Program-made: the position numbers and the translations under genes
In this document: piece by piece, positions 45,961 to 59,176 of the stretch
How the letters are laid out: the number at the start of each line of letters is the position of its first letter
Position numbering within the stretch: the stretch's first letter is position 1
Assembly (NCBI GenBank): GCA_964016885.1
Contig: OZ024741.1
Span: forward strand, 385,144,001-385,208,000
Direction: 5' to 3'
DNA: 64,000 nt
DNA from: Eledone cirrhosa
Taxonomy: Eukaryota
Notes under the pieces: model-generated
What the model was told of the DNA's origin: nothing
The model's database searches: none
What the model saw: only the letters and a program-made list of their open reading frames with translations

Positions 45961-46300
45961 GTAGATAAATCTACCAAGAGTTTACGGTAGTGTCCAATCC
46001 GTATGAAGAACTCAATGTATTCCGGATATCATGGAAAGAAGAGATGTAATGAAAAACCACTTTCGGTGAAAGATAAACGGTATACAGAGTCAAGATAAAA
46101 TATTAAACAAATAATGAATAAACAATTCCTTATATTAAACAAAAAAAGTTCATTATTTAACGATCGTTTCTAGGATATATATGTGTTAGAATTGGTATGC
46201 ATATTCAACAGATCTATGTACAAAATTATACAAAATTATACAAATTATCAAGATTAAATATACATACCAAACACATATATACGCCGTCTTCAGAAATAAT
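45961..46300 (-). mobile_element. PLE family E pLTR, inverted copy with ~135-bp extension
   Basis: Reverse complement of ~45149-45350 plus extra sequence 45961-46095. Confidence 0.65.
46149..46300 (-). ncRNA. Hammerhead ribozyme, inverted copy
   Basis: Same fold as 45146-45288. Confidence 0.75.
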
Positions 46301-46323
46301 ATATATATATATATAATACATAT

Positions 46324-46452
<129 letters not shown>

Positions 46453-46461
46453 TATACATAT

Positions 46462-46500
<39 letters not shown>

Positions 46501-46547
46501 AATATATATATATATATATACAAATATATATATATATATATACATAT

Positions 46548-46580
<33 letters not shown>

Positions 46581-46596
46581 ACATATATATACATAT

Positions 46597-46645
<49 letters not shown>

Positions 46646-46672
46646 AATATATATATATATATATATACAAAT

Positions 46673-47190
46673 ATCATCATCATCATCATCATCAACGTTT
46701 AACGTCCGTGTTCCACGCTTGCATGGGTTTGGACGGGGGTAGTCCCACTTGAAGCAAGAGTGATTGTCTTGCTCGCATAGGACTGTCTGGCAGGTTTTCT
46801 ACAGTTGGATGCCCTTCCTAACACCAACCACATTTACAGTGTGGGTCTGGGAGGTTTTTACCGTGTTGCCTACACGGCCACATTACAGCGTGGACTGTGT
46901 GTTTTTTGTCGTGACACCTACACGATCTCATTTGTTTCGGCCTCGATGGCGCGGCACCAACATAACTTTACATAGAACGGGGTGGTGTGGATCGGGTGGG
47001 GGTGGGGGTGGTGGGACGGGGTGTATTTTGTTAGAGATGCCTACTGGCTGGAGTAGGTTTTACTATATATTTAGGTAAGGCGGGTCTTCTCTGTTACTGA
47101 GTACCGCCAAAGGTCTCGGTCCAGTGACATTGTCTTGGAGAGGTGTAAGTGTGTGATGTCGGAGTTTATCAGCTCGTCCCAGGTTTTTCT
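46673..47190 (-). mobile_element. RTE family 2, 3' fragment
   Basis: [17 protein letters not shown] + 3'UTR + (GAT)n. Confidence 0.92.
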
Positions 47191-47210
47191 ATATATATAT
47201 ATATACATAT

Positions 47211-47413
<203 letters not shown>

Positions 47414-47426
47414 TATATACATACAG

Positions 47427-47462
<36 letters not shown>

Positions 47463-47544
47463 GTATACATCTTTGTATATATGTGTATATATACGTGTGT
47501 GTGTATGTGTATATATATATATACACACATATATATATATACAT

Positions 47545-48138
47545 GTGGTGGCTGCCAACTCGTTTTCGAGTACGACCACTACTTTATATCCATGTAGGAG
47601 AACCCCTACCGATGCGCTGAACGAGTGTGACTTTTTAGTCCAGCCAGCGACTTGAAAACTCTGGTACAAACACTACACCTGTGACAATTATTGACACTTA
47701 GTGCTGGGCCCATCGTACCATGTGACGACAAGTGCAGAGAGATCTCCAGATATAAAGCAATGCCTGTGCCGTGAAGCTTTTATAGTGAGCAAAGGCACTG
47801 CACCAAGCCAGTCCCACTCTCTTAACCAAGATGATATTTACCAAAAAGAAGAACAAGTCAACATCATTGGATACCATCAAGGTTGCAGGTGTTATATCAG
47901 AGTTTTCCTTCTCCTAGAATTCTGCCTTCACAAAGGCTATGGGGTCATCTCTCCCGGTGATTTTGGATGGCCATTGACTCTTAAGAGCTCCTTTGCCCTT
48001 TGACAGGTTTTGTTTTTAGTCCTGCAGGATGTCCAAAGTCACCCTCCTCACCAAGAAACCTTGGTGGGGTTGCCAGTTTAGTCTCCAACGACCCGACCAT
48101 GAGACAGGTTGTACTGGGATACATGTTACCAGTAGCAC
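47545..48138 (-). mobile_element. Internally deleted (bipartite) RTE-type non-autonomous element
   Basis: Minus strand has an RTE-5'UTR-like motif ctaggagaaggaaaactctg, then a C-terminal C2H2 finger [23 protein letters not shown] (47606-47677) and a 3' hairpin ctcgaaaacgag. Confidence 0.55.
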
Positions 48139-48329
48139 ATGTGTGTATATGTATGTATATATACATATACACATTTATATATATACATATACACACATAT
48201 ATATACACACATATACACATATATATACATACATATACACATACATACATATACACATATACATACATATACATACATACATATACACATATATATACAT
48301 ATATACATATCATGCATATATATACATAC

Positions 48330-48766
48330 CTCCCGTTTGCTGAAAATTTAAATAACTGACATTGTCATTATTTTAAAACAATAGCGTAAGGTCTTCAAAA
48401 TGCTTTTAATTAAGTATAGAGTGTATTGCAAAATACACTGTATATACATTCATATATATATCGCTATTTCAGAGCACCAATTCTAATTTTCAATTTCTGA
48501 CCGGCGACAGCTCAGTATAATCAGTTCCTGATTATTACTGGAATTCTATATGAATCCAACACACATAATTTTCAGCAAACAGGAGGAGTAGTGAACTTTG
48601 ATAAGTACCAAAAAGTACGAAACAGAGCTCTGTCAGTTTATCTCCCCTGTTTGCTGAAAATTTAAATAAGTGACATTGTCACTATTTTAAAACAATAGCG
48701 TATGGTCTTCAAAATGCTTTTAATTAAGTATACAGTGTATTGCAAAATACACTGTATATACATTCC
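48330..48766 (+). mobile_element. Retrozyme-like element: 314-bp unit, 1.4 copies, with hammerhead
   Basis: Direct repeats ~48330-48451 and ~48642-48766; hammerhead in between. Confidence 0.78.
48591..48641 (+). ncRNA. Type I hammerhead ribozyme, U3-A8 core variant
   Basis: GTGAACT-TTGATAA-GTACcaaaaaGTAC-GAA-ACAGAGCTCTGT-C-AGTTTAT; stem I extends over 48567-48662. Confidence 0.85.
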
Positions 48767-48826
48767 TATATATATATGCAAAAAGTAAACAGAAATTATA
48801 TATATATATATCATTTGTTTACTTTT

Positions 48827-48875
<49 letters not shown>

Positions 48876-48981
48876 CGAAGGAAACGTGGTAAGGAACCAC
48901 CAGGTGGACCATAACGCACCAAAGTACTCAATACTTAGAGTAGTAGAGTGGGTAATAGGAACCAAGTAATGGGTAATGGTT

Positions 48982-49016
<35 letters not shown>

Positions 49017-50279
49017 CCCATATCACTCATTGAATAATAGTCAATGAATACTGAAATGATACAGATAGCAATGGACAGGGGGTTAAAAAGGGTGGTGGTG
49101 AGGAGCTGTAAGAGATGGAGATGAAGGAAGCGGGTGAAGGGAAGTTATGGTTGAGAAAGAAGGGTGGAGGAGGGAGAAAAACAATAATAAAAGGAGTTGA
49201 AAATACACATGTTAACAACAGCAGCCAAGCTAGCCTGATAAACACTTTTACACACACTTACACACACACATCAGCTGGTGCCAGTGTTGTTGTTTGTTAT
49301 TTTCTTCTTTGCTTTGCTTTATGTATCTTTTAACAGAGCTACCACTCCTTTACTTTGTTCAACATTTCCTTCACCCTCACTCCACACACTGGCCCTGCTA
49401 CCCAAGCCTTAGAATTATTAAGGGAGGGGGGAGAAGAAGGATAAGGAGAAAGATGAAGAAGGAAGAAGACGGGGAGGAGGAAAATGAAGAGGAGGAGAAA
49501 AAAGAAAGAAATGCGTGTGTGTGTCAAAAGAAGGGAAGGAAAGAGGAGAGAGAGAGAAAGAGAGAGAGAGAGGGATGTAGTTATTAGCTTAGATGAGCTT
49601 CATTCATTCATGATTCACATTGAATCATTCATTCTATCCTCCTCCCAATACAGTCCCTATCTTCCAGCTGAGCAGGCTGTTTCATCTGTACTCTCCTTTA
49701 TTAAAACACCAGTCTTTACTGTGTTGTGCCAGCAGTCAGATATAAATTTCCAGTTAGTTCCAAGTGCAGCAGCAGTCACTGACAAACAGACGCTTACTTC
49801 ACTACATGCATGCTCCCCCACCCTCCCTCTATCTATCTATCTATCTATCTATATCTATCTCTTGCTTGCATGCTGTCAGCCTCCAAACACAATCCTAATA
49901 GAAATCTATTGCTAGCTCAGAAAATTAGGATCATTTACTGTGCAGTGCAGCACTGCGTTGTGCTGAGTTTTGACAGTGCAATCCTGCACTGATTTACTGC
50001 ACAGTCACATCATTCAGATGTTTACAACACACACAGATCACAGTTAACTGAAGTGAAATGGCCAAGTTCAAATCCGATGCAGGTGTTTCTGTGTGTTCCT
50101 GGAGGGCAAAGCATGTAATTCTACACAGCCCCACTATTACTCTACTGTCTGAAAGGTCATCTAGATTTGTTTGACTTTTTTTTTTTTTTTTGTCACTTAA
50201 TCAAATGACAGTGTAAGGGATGAAGTTTATACTAAGATCTGAAGAAACCTCACCTAAATGCTTTCAAATAGATTAACCC

Positions 50280-50345
50280 TTTTATTTAATCGATTCCATA
50301 AGGATGAAAGGCAAAGCTAACCTCGGTGACATTTGAACTCAGAAC
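50280..50345 (-). mobile_element. Degenerate SINE core (same superfamily as 55940); further remnants at ~53895-53985 and ~63460-63530
   Basis: aaggatgaaaggcaaag..tttgaactcagaa. Confidence 0.6.
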
Positions 50346-50392
50346 ATTTACGGGCCATAACTAAAAACACCAGCTTAATAATATGAAAGTTA

Positions 50393-50892
50393 CCGTATAT
50401 ACTCGAATATAAGCTGATCCGAATAAAAGCCAACCCCATATTTTATTTTCTGAGAGATGGGAAAAAATCCAAACCCCATTGATAAGCTGAAGCAGGTAAT
50501 CAACACATTGTTTAGATGTGGCAGTTTTGAAATTCTCATGAGTGAAGATTATATTTATGAAATTTTAATATTTAGATATTTAAAATATTTTAGAGTATAG
50601 TATTTGTTCCCCAACTTCAATTTCCGACCGTTTTTGAAGGCCATATTCATTCAAAACATATCAAAAACAATAGGAAATATGAATTTCACATTGAAAGTGA
50701 AACCAGTGTAATATTCACCTCCAAAGTGAAACCAGTGTAATATTCACCCCCAAAGTGAAAATAGTGTAGCACCTCATTTACATAGAATTTTGAAGTTTGT
50801 GAAATCGGCAAAATACTGACCTCAAATATAAGTTGACCCCCATTTTACCATCGATTTTTTTTTTTGTCACCTTATTCTCAGCTTATATACAG
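50393..50892. mobile_element. Tc1/mariner-pogo-type MITE with TA TSD
   Basis: TA|ccgtatatactcgaatataag ... cttattctcagcttatatacag|TA; interrupts an older repeat also seen at ~54940. Confidence 0.6.
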
Positions 50893-51881
50893 TAATTATT
50901 ACTAAATCTCTCGAAAATCTTGATTATTTTCAAAATTATTTGAAATTTATAGAAATATAGTAAGAAAAAAAGATAAATTTAACTTTACCTACCTATATCT
51001 TAATTCATACTATTAGCTCACTTGAGTTATTTTCCATAGCTTACTTTTTATAGTTCTATCCAAGCAGAGCATTGTCTTTATATAATGCTGTTGTTTTTTG
51101 TTTTTACACTTCGCATAAAAAAAATCACAAGGAAGTCAAAGATACATTAGTCATTTTGAGTCAGAAAAAAAACAGTAATTTCACTGGATAATGGCTTTGT
51201 ATAAAGAGCTAAGCACTGGCCAATTTACTTTTGTATTACTTATACTTTTATCCATGTTTTTGTTGTTTGGTGATCAATCTTGCCTATAGCCCAACCTGTT
51301 ACAAATATAGCCTTAGTTTTATCTCTGCATCATGAACAGACTGCTGGTATTTATTTATTTCGATACAGAACAGTAAGTTACTAAACAGATCCATGCAATT
51401 CTAACTCAATGGTCAATCCAATGAAGGAACAATAGCCATCTGTGGAATTTATTTATTTATTTACTTTGATAGGTCTGGGGGAAGGAGCAGTGCTTATGGC
51501 CTTCACAATCTCTCAAAGACCAAAGAGATTGATGCTGTTAATGTTCTATTTAAGCTGTTGGAAGGAGATCGAGAGGGTCTGACGTTTTGGGCAGGAAGAA
51601 CTAGGCATGGCAATTGGAGCAATGGAAAAGGCTCTAGGCATGTGCTGTTCATCCTTAAGAAGGATGGGTAAAACCAATAAGGGAGTAGTTTTGAGAGTTT
51701 TACATGTCAGACACAATTGAAAGCTTTGCAGTAAAGATAAACAACATTGTTTTCACCAAATTTCTCAGGGGCTATTATGAATGACATTAGAAAGTTATCT
51801 TTATGATAATCTCACACTACAATGGATGGATAGATAGATAGATATACATATATTGCAAGCCAGGAAAAGTGGACGTAAAAT

Positions 51882-51924
<43 letters not shown>

Positions 51925-52061
51925 GTGTGTGTGTGTGTGTGTGCGTGTGTGCGTGTGTAGTGATTTCCAGAGGCTGACTGAGGAGATGGGACTGTCAGTC
52001 TTTCCATTGTTTTTTTTTTCCACTGTCTTTGTCCTGTGCACCCTTACTTTGAATATATATA

Positions 52062-52634
52062 TCTCATTTTTTGTCGATTCTATTGAGTGATGAATAGCTC
52101 TTGTTTTATTTTAACATGTCTATTGAGCACTCTTATTCGATATGTGTATTTCCACATTTCCTCGAATAGTTTTCGCGGATGTAGAGGTTATCTCCCTTGT
52201 CAAATTCCATGTGCGTATTTCGCTTGTGGTTAGCCTCTTATCCGCTAGGAAAAAGCTCGTTGATGAAGTAAACTCCATTCCTCTTGCTCTAGTAGTCTTA
52301 TATATTTATATGTGAGCTGATAGAGTACAGTCTAAGGATTTACAGAAACCCAAGAAGCTAGATTTAACACCTTTCTAGTGGGTCCGGGTATGATTTTACA
52401 TTCATTTAAATTATTGATGCATTGTTTTATTGATATTTTTTATCTGTTTGTCCCGAATCTTCTATTATCGATTTTTTATCGTATGGTTGATTGTAGACTT
52501 GTTCTATGTGTGACGGTATTTTAACGATAGTTATAGCTCTGATTCATCTGAATTATTGAGCCCTCTGCCGCTCATTTCGAATATTGTTTATCGTGAACTC
52601 GTGCGCCGATTTTTCGATACTCGATCTTTCTAAT
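52062..52634 (+). mobile_element. Diverged single copy (0.93 unit) of the 614-bp retrozyme-like element
   Basis: Colinear with the 26714 array, same right end, short (TA)n flanks. Confidence 0.85.
52255..52389 (+). ncRNA. Hammerhead-like motif, core UUGAUGA
   Basis: GCTCG-TTGATGA-aGTAAA..TTTACa-GAA-ACCCA..TGGGT-C-CGGGT. Confidence 0.65.
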
Positions 52635-52651
52635 ATATATATATATATATA

Positions 52652-53600
52652 CTAGCATTAAAGCCCGGCGTTGCTCGGGGTCAGTAAGTTACCAAAGTTA
52701 GGTTGCACCACCCATTATATGGCAGCACTTTTTTGTCTGCCAGGCACTGGGTGAATGAATTGCAGACCTGGACTGCCGAAGCAGGAGCTGCGCCAGCAGT
52801 GACAATTGTAGTTTCGCCTATGGATATTATCTCTGTGCAAAGAAGTGTTGAAATTTATTGTTTCACTGTACTTGCGCAACACGCACGTAGACGATGCCGG
52901 CCAAACAACAGAGCTGCGATGGAGTTGTTCTGCATGGTTGTCTAATGTGTGTTTTCTAAATTTAAGACAGTAGGGAGGGGTGTGATATGGGGGAGAGTTA
53001 GCTGCTGTTTCTAGCAGGTTTAGTGACCTCATAGAAGATATTATTGTGTATAGTAAATAAACTGATACTTCTTTCTTCCACGTTCGTTGAGAGAGGTTTT
53101 AAAAAAGATTTATCACTATTTTTTTTTGTTGAATAAATTATCTGTTGCTTTTGAATAATTGTTGTTTCGTATGAAATGTAATAAGTTCTCTTTGTCATTG
53201 AAGTAAACAAATGTTTGACCGTTCCACACTCAAAAACAAACGTTCTCCCTCTCTCTCTCCTTCATTTCTTTCTCTCTTCTTTCTTCGGCGTGCCTAAAGG
53301 AAGTTTGTAAGTTTAAGCATATATAAGAGAACGTTGCAGCATGTATGTAGTTTTATCGAATTTTAAGGGGAGTAGAGAGAGGTGATCAGATTGTATTAGA
53401 GGGGTAAAGCGTCATGTATTTAGTTTTATCGATTATTTCCGTAATTGTGGGTGAGTTTGAAATAAATAAATAGTCGTTGACCAAAGTTAGACCATTTACA
53501 ACATTCTTACATACTTTGAGTCAAATCGGTTTGAAATTGTGCAAATGTATAAACATGGAACATGCACACACAACAACAATCTGCCTTTTATAGATAATGA
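52652..53600 (-). mobile_element. Non-autonomous Helitron
   Basis: Minus strand starts A|TC and ends with hairpin CCCGAGCAACGCCGGG followed 8 nt later by CTAG|T. Confidence 0.75.
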
Positions 53601-54819
53601 TAATTAGGGTGTTAGCTCTAACATAGCTGTGTATATGAAGTATGTGGATGTGTATATCTAGCAAAATACGGTATGGTTATTTATAAACATTCTGAAAGCC
53701 TTCAGCTATGAATATATATATATATATATATATGGTATGCATTCATAACGCCTAAGGGAGTCATAGGGATGCCATATTAATATACAGCATTTCTTAGGGC
53801 ATTTTAAAACTTGGTGGAGCTCATCTCTCCAAATCTGAACACAGCAGATTTCTTCCAGAAAAGGATAGAGAGTGAGAGAAAGGAATATAGATGAAGAATT
53901 GACCCCAGTACAAGACTGGTACTTTTTCATCAACTTCGAATGGATAAAAGGCAAAGTTGATTTCGGTAATTTGAATTGAGAAAGCAGATAGCGGGAATGA
54001 ATACCACAAAGCACTCTATTCAATATTCTAAAAACTGCTAATTTACCTTGCAGCCTGATGACGACTGATTCCCCTGTACCGGTGATTAGTTTGGTTGTTG
54101 TTATGCTGGGAGTATTTGGGGTATAGGTCTGAAGGACATGTCTAGTGCAATATGTATCTGGTAGGTTAGGTTGAGTTTAGGTATAAGACAATATTTACTT
54201 GAGTTTGTGATCAATGTTAGTTTGGAGTGGCTTTGTTTGCATTTAAGACATAATAACCTCCCTAGTGCTGGTGAGCTATATGATAAATGCATCCAGTACA
54301 CTCTGTAAAGTGGTTGATGATAGAAAGAGTATACAGCTACAAAAAACCTGCTAAATAAATGAGTCAAGAGGACTCTTCAGCTGTGTCGAAGACATAACAG
54401 CTTCTGTAATTCTGGTGCCATGATAAAATGCACTTGGAAGAACATGGGAACATAAGTGGGCAAGATGTAGACCCCTGGCCCATTTGAGTGGTCAGTACCT
54501 CCACTTGAGTATTAGCAGTGCTAGCAGGGAGTTAAATGATGATGATGTTGTTGACAATGTAATGTGACAGAAGACAGAGAGTTAATAAAACAGGCAACAG
54601 GGTACTTTCATAGAATAAGGCAGTGATCTTAGCAGTGATCAGTGGTGAGAATGTGGAAATGCCTTATAATTGTTGTTGTTGTTGTTGTTTAGATCCAGGT
54701 CAGCTCTGGGCAAACCTATGATCAAAGGTGTTCCAGATCAATCCATGACCATCTTGTCTTAATTCAGGCATAGTGTATTTAGGATTACATTAATCAATGT
54801 GTTCTGTCTTTTTTTTTAA

Positions 54820-55062
54820 CCTCTTTCATACCAAACTACCTGGTTATGTGGATATATAGCTTGTTTGTTTTTAAATGTTTATATCTAAAAACCTTCCACC
54901 ATAATTCTATGTAATAACATTTGTTGAGTCATATTCCAAACACCAGCTTAATGATGAAAAAGTAAATTGCCTGCTTCAATCCTTCCAAATGTTTGATTAT
55001 TTTAAAATTATTTGCAAATTATAGGCAGTGTTTTTTTCAATAGAAATATGGTAAGGAAAGTG
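54820..55062. mobile_element. Degenerate piggyBac-like MITE
   Basis: TTAA-flanked; inverted relative of 55835-56246. Confidence 0.45.
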
Positions 55063-55834
55063 TTAAGATGGTAGGGGTCTGTTTTATGATTATTTTGGAT
55101 GGCAGACAAATCTAAGGCATTTCTAACCTTGATCACCACACTCTTCATACAGACTCTAATTCATATAGAATCTAATGTGACATTCCCCCTTTTCAAAACA
55201 GTAGAATGTGTAATTTTAAGGAGATTTAGCTGCTATTTTTAGCAAGCTGAGTTACCACAAGGAGGCTCATTGGGTGTTGTTGTTGTTTAGCCCCAGGTCA
55301 ACTAGTCTTCACTGAACAGAGTCAACAGACACCCCTCAGACTGGGGTGTAGTGCCTGTCCCTCTACCTCATTCTTTCATTTCCCTTTTTGTTCTCTTTAA
55401 TGGTGTTTTATATAAACAGCTTTGTAAAATAAAATAAGATATTAAAAAAAGAACAAAAACAGGCTTTAACCATCACATTTATATGTGGGGGCTATTTCTT
55501 TTTTTTTTTTAGGTAGGTGAATGAATAAAAAATGTATTCTTTGAATATTTATACAACAATAAACTTAGACAAAAAGAAAAGGAAAAGGAATGAAACAATG
55601 AAGGAAAAGGAAAGTGGGAGGGAGGGGCAGACTCTACACCCCAGTCTGAGTGGTGATTCAGCTGTGCCATGGATCTCTTTCCATGGGGCTCCTTTCTCAG
55701 GCAGGTTGCTGTCTTTCCAATTTTGAAAAGGAAATCGACAGTGCTGAGACCAAGGATACCAGCAACTTGTACGAATAGGAAGCAGTTCCACAAACCCCAG
55801 TATTTGTTTATCTTATGTCCAATGCATTCTTTAA

Positions 55835-56246
55835 CCCTTTCATTGCCATATTTCTAAAAACACACTACCTAAATTTTTCAAATAACCAAGAATTTGGGGG
55901 TATTTAACTATATATATAACTAACTGTATCATTATTAAACTGTGGATTATCAGTATTGGTAGAGGGTCGGACGCCATGCTTTGACGCATAGAGTTACGGC
56001 CTTGCCATTCTGAGTTCAAATCCCGCCGAGGTTAACTTTGCCTTTCATCCTTACGGGGTCGATAAAATAAAGTACCAGTAATGCACTGGGTATTTTGCTG
56101 GCCTTGTGTCAAAAGTAGAAACAATTATTAAGCTGATGTTTGAAACATAACAGATGGAATGTTTTAGATAAATATAAACACATCAAAATAAACAGTTGTG
56201 TATCAAATAACCAAGTGTGATTTAAGGTGGTTAGGTATTAAAAGGG
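55835..56246. mobile_element. piggyBac-like MITE carrying a SINE insertion
   Basis: TTAA|CCCTTT ... AAAGGG|TTAA. Confidence 0.6.
55940..56130 (+). mobile_element. tRNA-derived SINE
   Basis: B-box gagttcaaatccc, core ctttcatccttacggggtcgataaaataaagtacc; near-copy at 56878. Confidence 0.85.
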
Positions 56247-56877
56247 TTAATTTGGTGGGGATGGAAGAGAAAGCTACAATGGGACTACAATTGGCAACTA
56301 GTCAGCTAGTAAGGAATTTTATTGGCCAGCTAAGGGTGTAAAAGGTTTTCTCCCTCTACCCATTTTCTGTTTGTTTCTCTTTTTTTTTCTTTTTATCATT
56401 CATAAAGATTTGGTATTTATACATCCACCACCTAACCCTAAAAAAAACAGCAATAATTGATCAAGACAGTGGCATAAATAACTGCCAAGGAGGGGGTATC
56501 ATGATAGAGGACAGCTTTAAAACTTCACTATGCTATTTTTCTTTGAACCCAATCCATCTTTAATTCTCTGTCAAGTGAGATATTATCCCAGAAGGAGGGG
56601 GCCTCTAAAAGAAAGTCACATGGGATTTAACAGAACCTTTTCCTCACAGAAATAGTTTTCATGTCCTCAGTATATACACTATACTCCTGTATTCCCTGCT
56701 ATAATTGCAGTGTGAGTAAGTGGGCCTGAAGAGGCATGAGGGGGTACATTATGTATTGCCTCTGTGTTTGTATGTGTGTAAAAAAGGAACAACGTGTATG
56801 GAGTCAATAGATAGTAAAAACATATACAAAGCAATGTGTAAAATAAGAGTGTTGATGGTTCTAACTCATTCATTATC

Positions 56878-57068
56878 ATGGTGGATTGGCAGTATCGGTA
56901 GAGAGTCGGACGCCATGCTTTGACGCATAGAGTTACGGCCCTTGCCATTCTGAGTTCAAATCTCGCCGAGGTTAACTTTGCCTTTCATCCTTACGGGTTC
57001 GATAAAATAAAGTACCAGTAATGTACTGGATAATTGCTGGCCTTGTGCCTAAAGTAGAAACAATTATA
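56878..57068 (+). mobile_element. tRNA-derived SINE
   Basis: Copy of 55940-56130. Confidence 0.85.
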
Positions 57069-57904
57069 TTATCTCTAATAGAAAACACAACTTCTGATTT
57101 TCAAATAGTTTTGAAAATAATCAAAAATTTGGAGATTTAGTAATATAACTACTTTCTCATTTTTAAGCTGATGTTTGTAACATAACTTAAAAAGGTTCTT
57201 ATATAAAATTGAAGGGTTTTAGATAGGTATAAACACAAAAATAAAATCTGTACCAATAGAAGCAGAGGTGGTTTCAGGCAGTTTAGTATGAAAAGTGTTA
57301 AAGATAAGATTTATTCTTATCTGCACCATCTTTCATCATTATGTATTGTATCTGTATTATTTTTGACCATCGGTCAGTCAATGGCAACATTGAGGACCGA
57401 GTAAGTTAGATTACCGATATAAAAGACACAGAAGCGAGAAGCGAAAACCAACCAAACAGTGAGTGTGTTCTGTTATTAATTCTGGCAATATTACACAAAT
57501 ATGACCCTCCCCAAGTATAACAATGTTTTTATTACTGTTTCCCATGTTGGGATAAGTTGGCGGGGGGGGGGGGGGGGGTCGCATTCTGAGGTTATGGCTA
57601 AACTAGTTAGGTTTCTACACTTTCTACAATTTTCTTCCTAACACCAACTTACAGGATGTAGTAGGTAAATTTCTTTGTGGCATCAGCACTACATCTTTAC
57701 AGAATGGTATCTTTATTTACCAAAAACTTCAATTAGCTGACTTTACAGGTGTTATCACCCTTGCCTGATGTTTTTAGATTTCTGGAGGGAGTTTTTGACA
57801 ACTAACTGTCTGAATAATCTAAGTTAATCAAATTTTTTCAATTTACTATAATACATATGAGTATTTAATGTATAGAATTCTTCCCTAGGGTATTTTCTCT
57901 TACG

Positions 57905-58160
57905 ATCATAAAGTTGTGGGTTTAATTTCTGGACTGGGCTGTGTGTAGTATTCTTTAAAAAAAACACTTCATTTCACGTTGCTCCTGTATACTCAACTGA
58001 ACTGAAAATGAGTACCAGCAGTAGCTGGGGTTTAGCCCTGTGATGGACTGGTGTCTTGCTTGGAGGTGGGGAGTCTTGTATCCTGGGTTGCTTAACACCA
58101 TGAAACCAGGATAAATACTGGCCTGATGAGCCTCTGGGCTTGGGGCGAACTTTAGACTTT
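57905..58160 (+). mobile_element. Old SINE with V-domain-like core
   Basis: ccctgtgatggactgg..gaaaccaggataa..ggcctgatgagcc; family recognised from memory, not searched. Confidence 0.45.
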
Positions 58161-58889
58161 CATTTTCTTTGAGCCATATTGAAGATATAAGAAATAGGGG
58201 AAACCAAAGTTGTTAAGAATAACCTAAAAAAACTCAGAAATAAAGGAAACCAAAATTGTTAGGAATAACCTTACAAAGGAGCTGACACAGAACTGAGGTG
58301 ACTGGCAATTGTAATACAAAAGATCCAGTGACTAGTACAAACACTGCGACACTAAAAGTAAATGTAAGAGACTGGGTACAGTGTTTGGCAATTGAACAAA
58401 CACTATAGAATACTGATACCATGATAAAATACACCCTGTAAACACTGCTGGACTAACCTATAAGCTATAGCTTAGGGCCACTTATAACACTAAATCATCA
58501 AAAATGATATATACATATATATATAATAAAGGAGTGAAGAATAATACGGATCGGCTGTACAATATGGTTTATTTGAATAAACTATACTGTGTTATTCTTC
58601 ACTCCTTTATTATTAATACTCCAGGAATCAGCAACCCGAACACCACAACTAAGTAAACTTCTTGTTGAGTCAAACAACGCTGAACGTTAAAACTATCAAT
58701 ACAGAGTACTCATAACCTCTATTTGGATTGCCTTAAACGATACCTCGTTAACTTAAATATATATATATAATTTATTTTTATCCTTAACATTAATAAAAAA
58801 AATAACTATTTTTTTTAGAGAAGGGCCTCAAATTTCATGTAACTTAGAGCCTCAGCAGGTGAAAGTCTGGCCCTGTCTGTCAAGTAGTA

Positions 58890-59176
58890 GTGCCACGTAA
58901 TTATACACCCAATACACTGTAAGATGATAGGTGTTAAGAAGAGCATCCAGTCACAGAAACTATGATAAATATGAGACATATGAGCAAGATGAGGGTGTTC
59001 TGACCTGCCTGGTCTCTGGACTATGAAACCCAGCCTAACTCATGCTGGCCTGGAAAACTGACATGAAAACAACTGAGGAGGAGGGGGGAGGAGATAATGA
59101 TGATGATGATGATGGTGGTGATGATGGTGATGATGGTGATGGTGATGATGATGATGATGGTGATGATGGTGATGAT
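58890..59176 (+). mobile_element. Old RTE-type 3' end with (GAT/GGT)n tail; related remnants at ~54290 and 59887-60010 (-)
   Basis: ggtgttaagaagagcatccag..ctaactcatgctggcctggaaaactgac resembles the RTE 3'UTR at ~39910-40050. Confidence 0.6.

Noticed and set aside
49020-50110. Possible host promoter or first exon (purine tracts, CAG-rich unique DNA)
   Set aside because: No recognisable ORF or splice structure; cannot be supported without transcripts
51460-51700. Possible ancient LINE RT remnant
   Set aside because: Too degenerate to assign without a profile search
58100-58145. GAAA..CTGATGA as a type II hammerhead
   Set aside because: No stem I or cleavage triplet; resembles the tail of an old SINE
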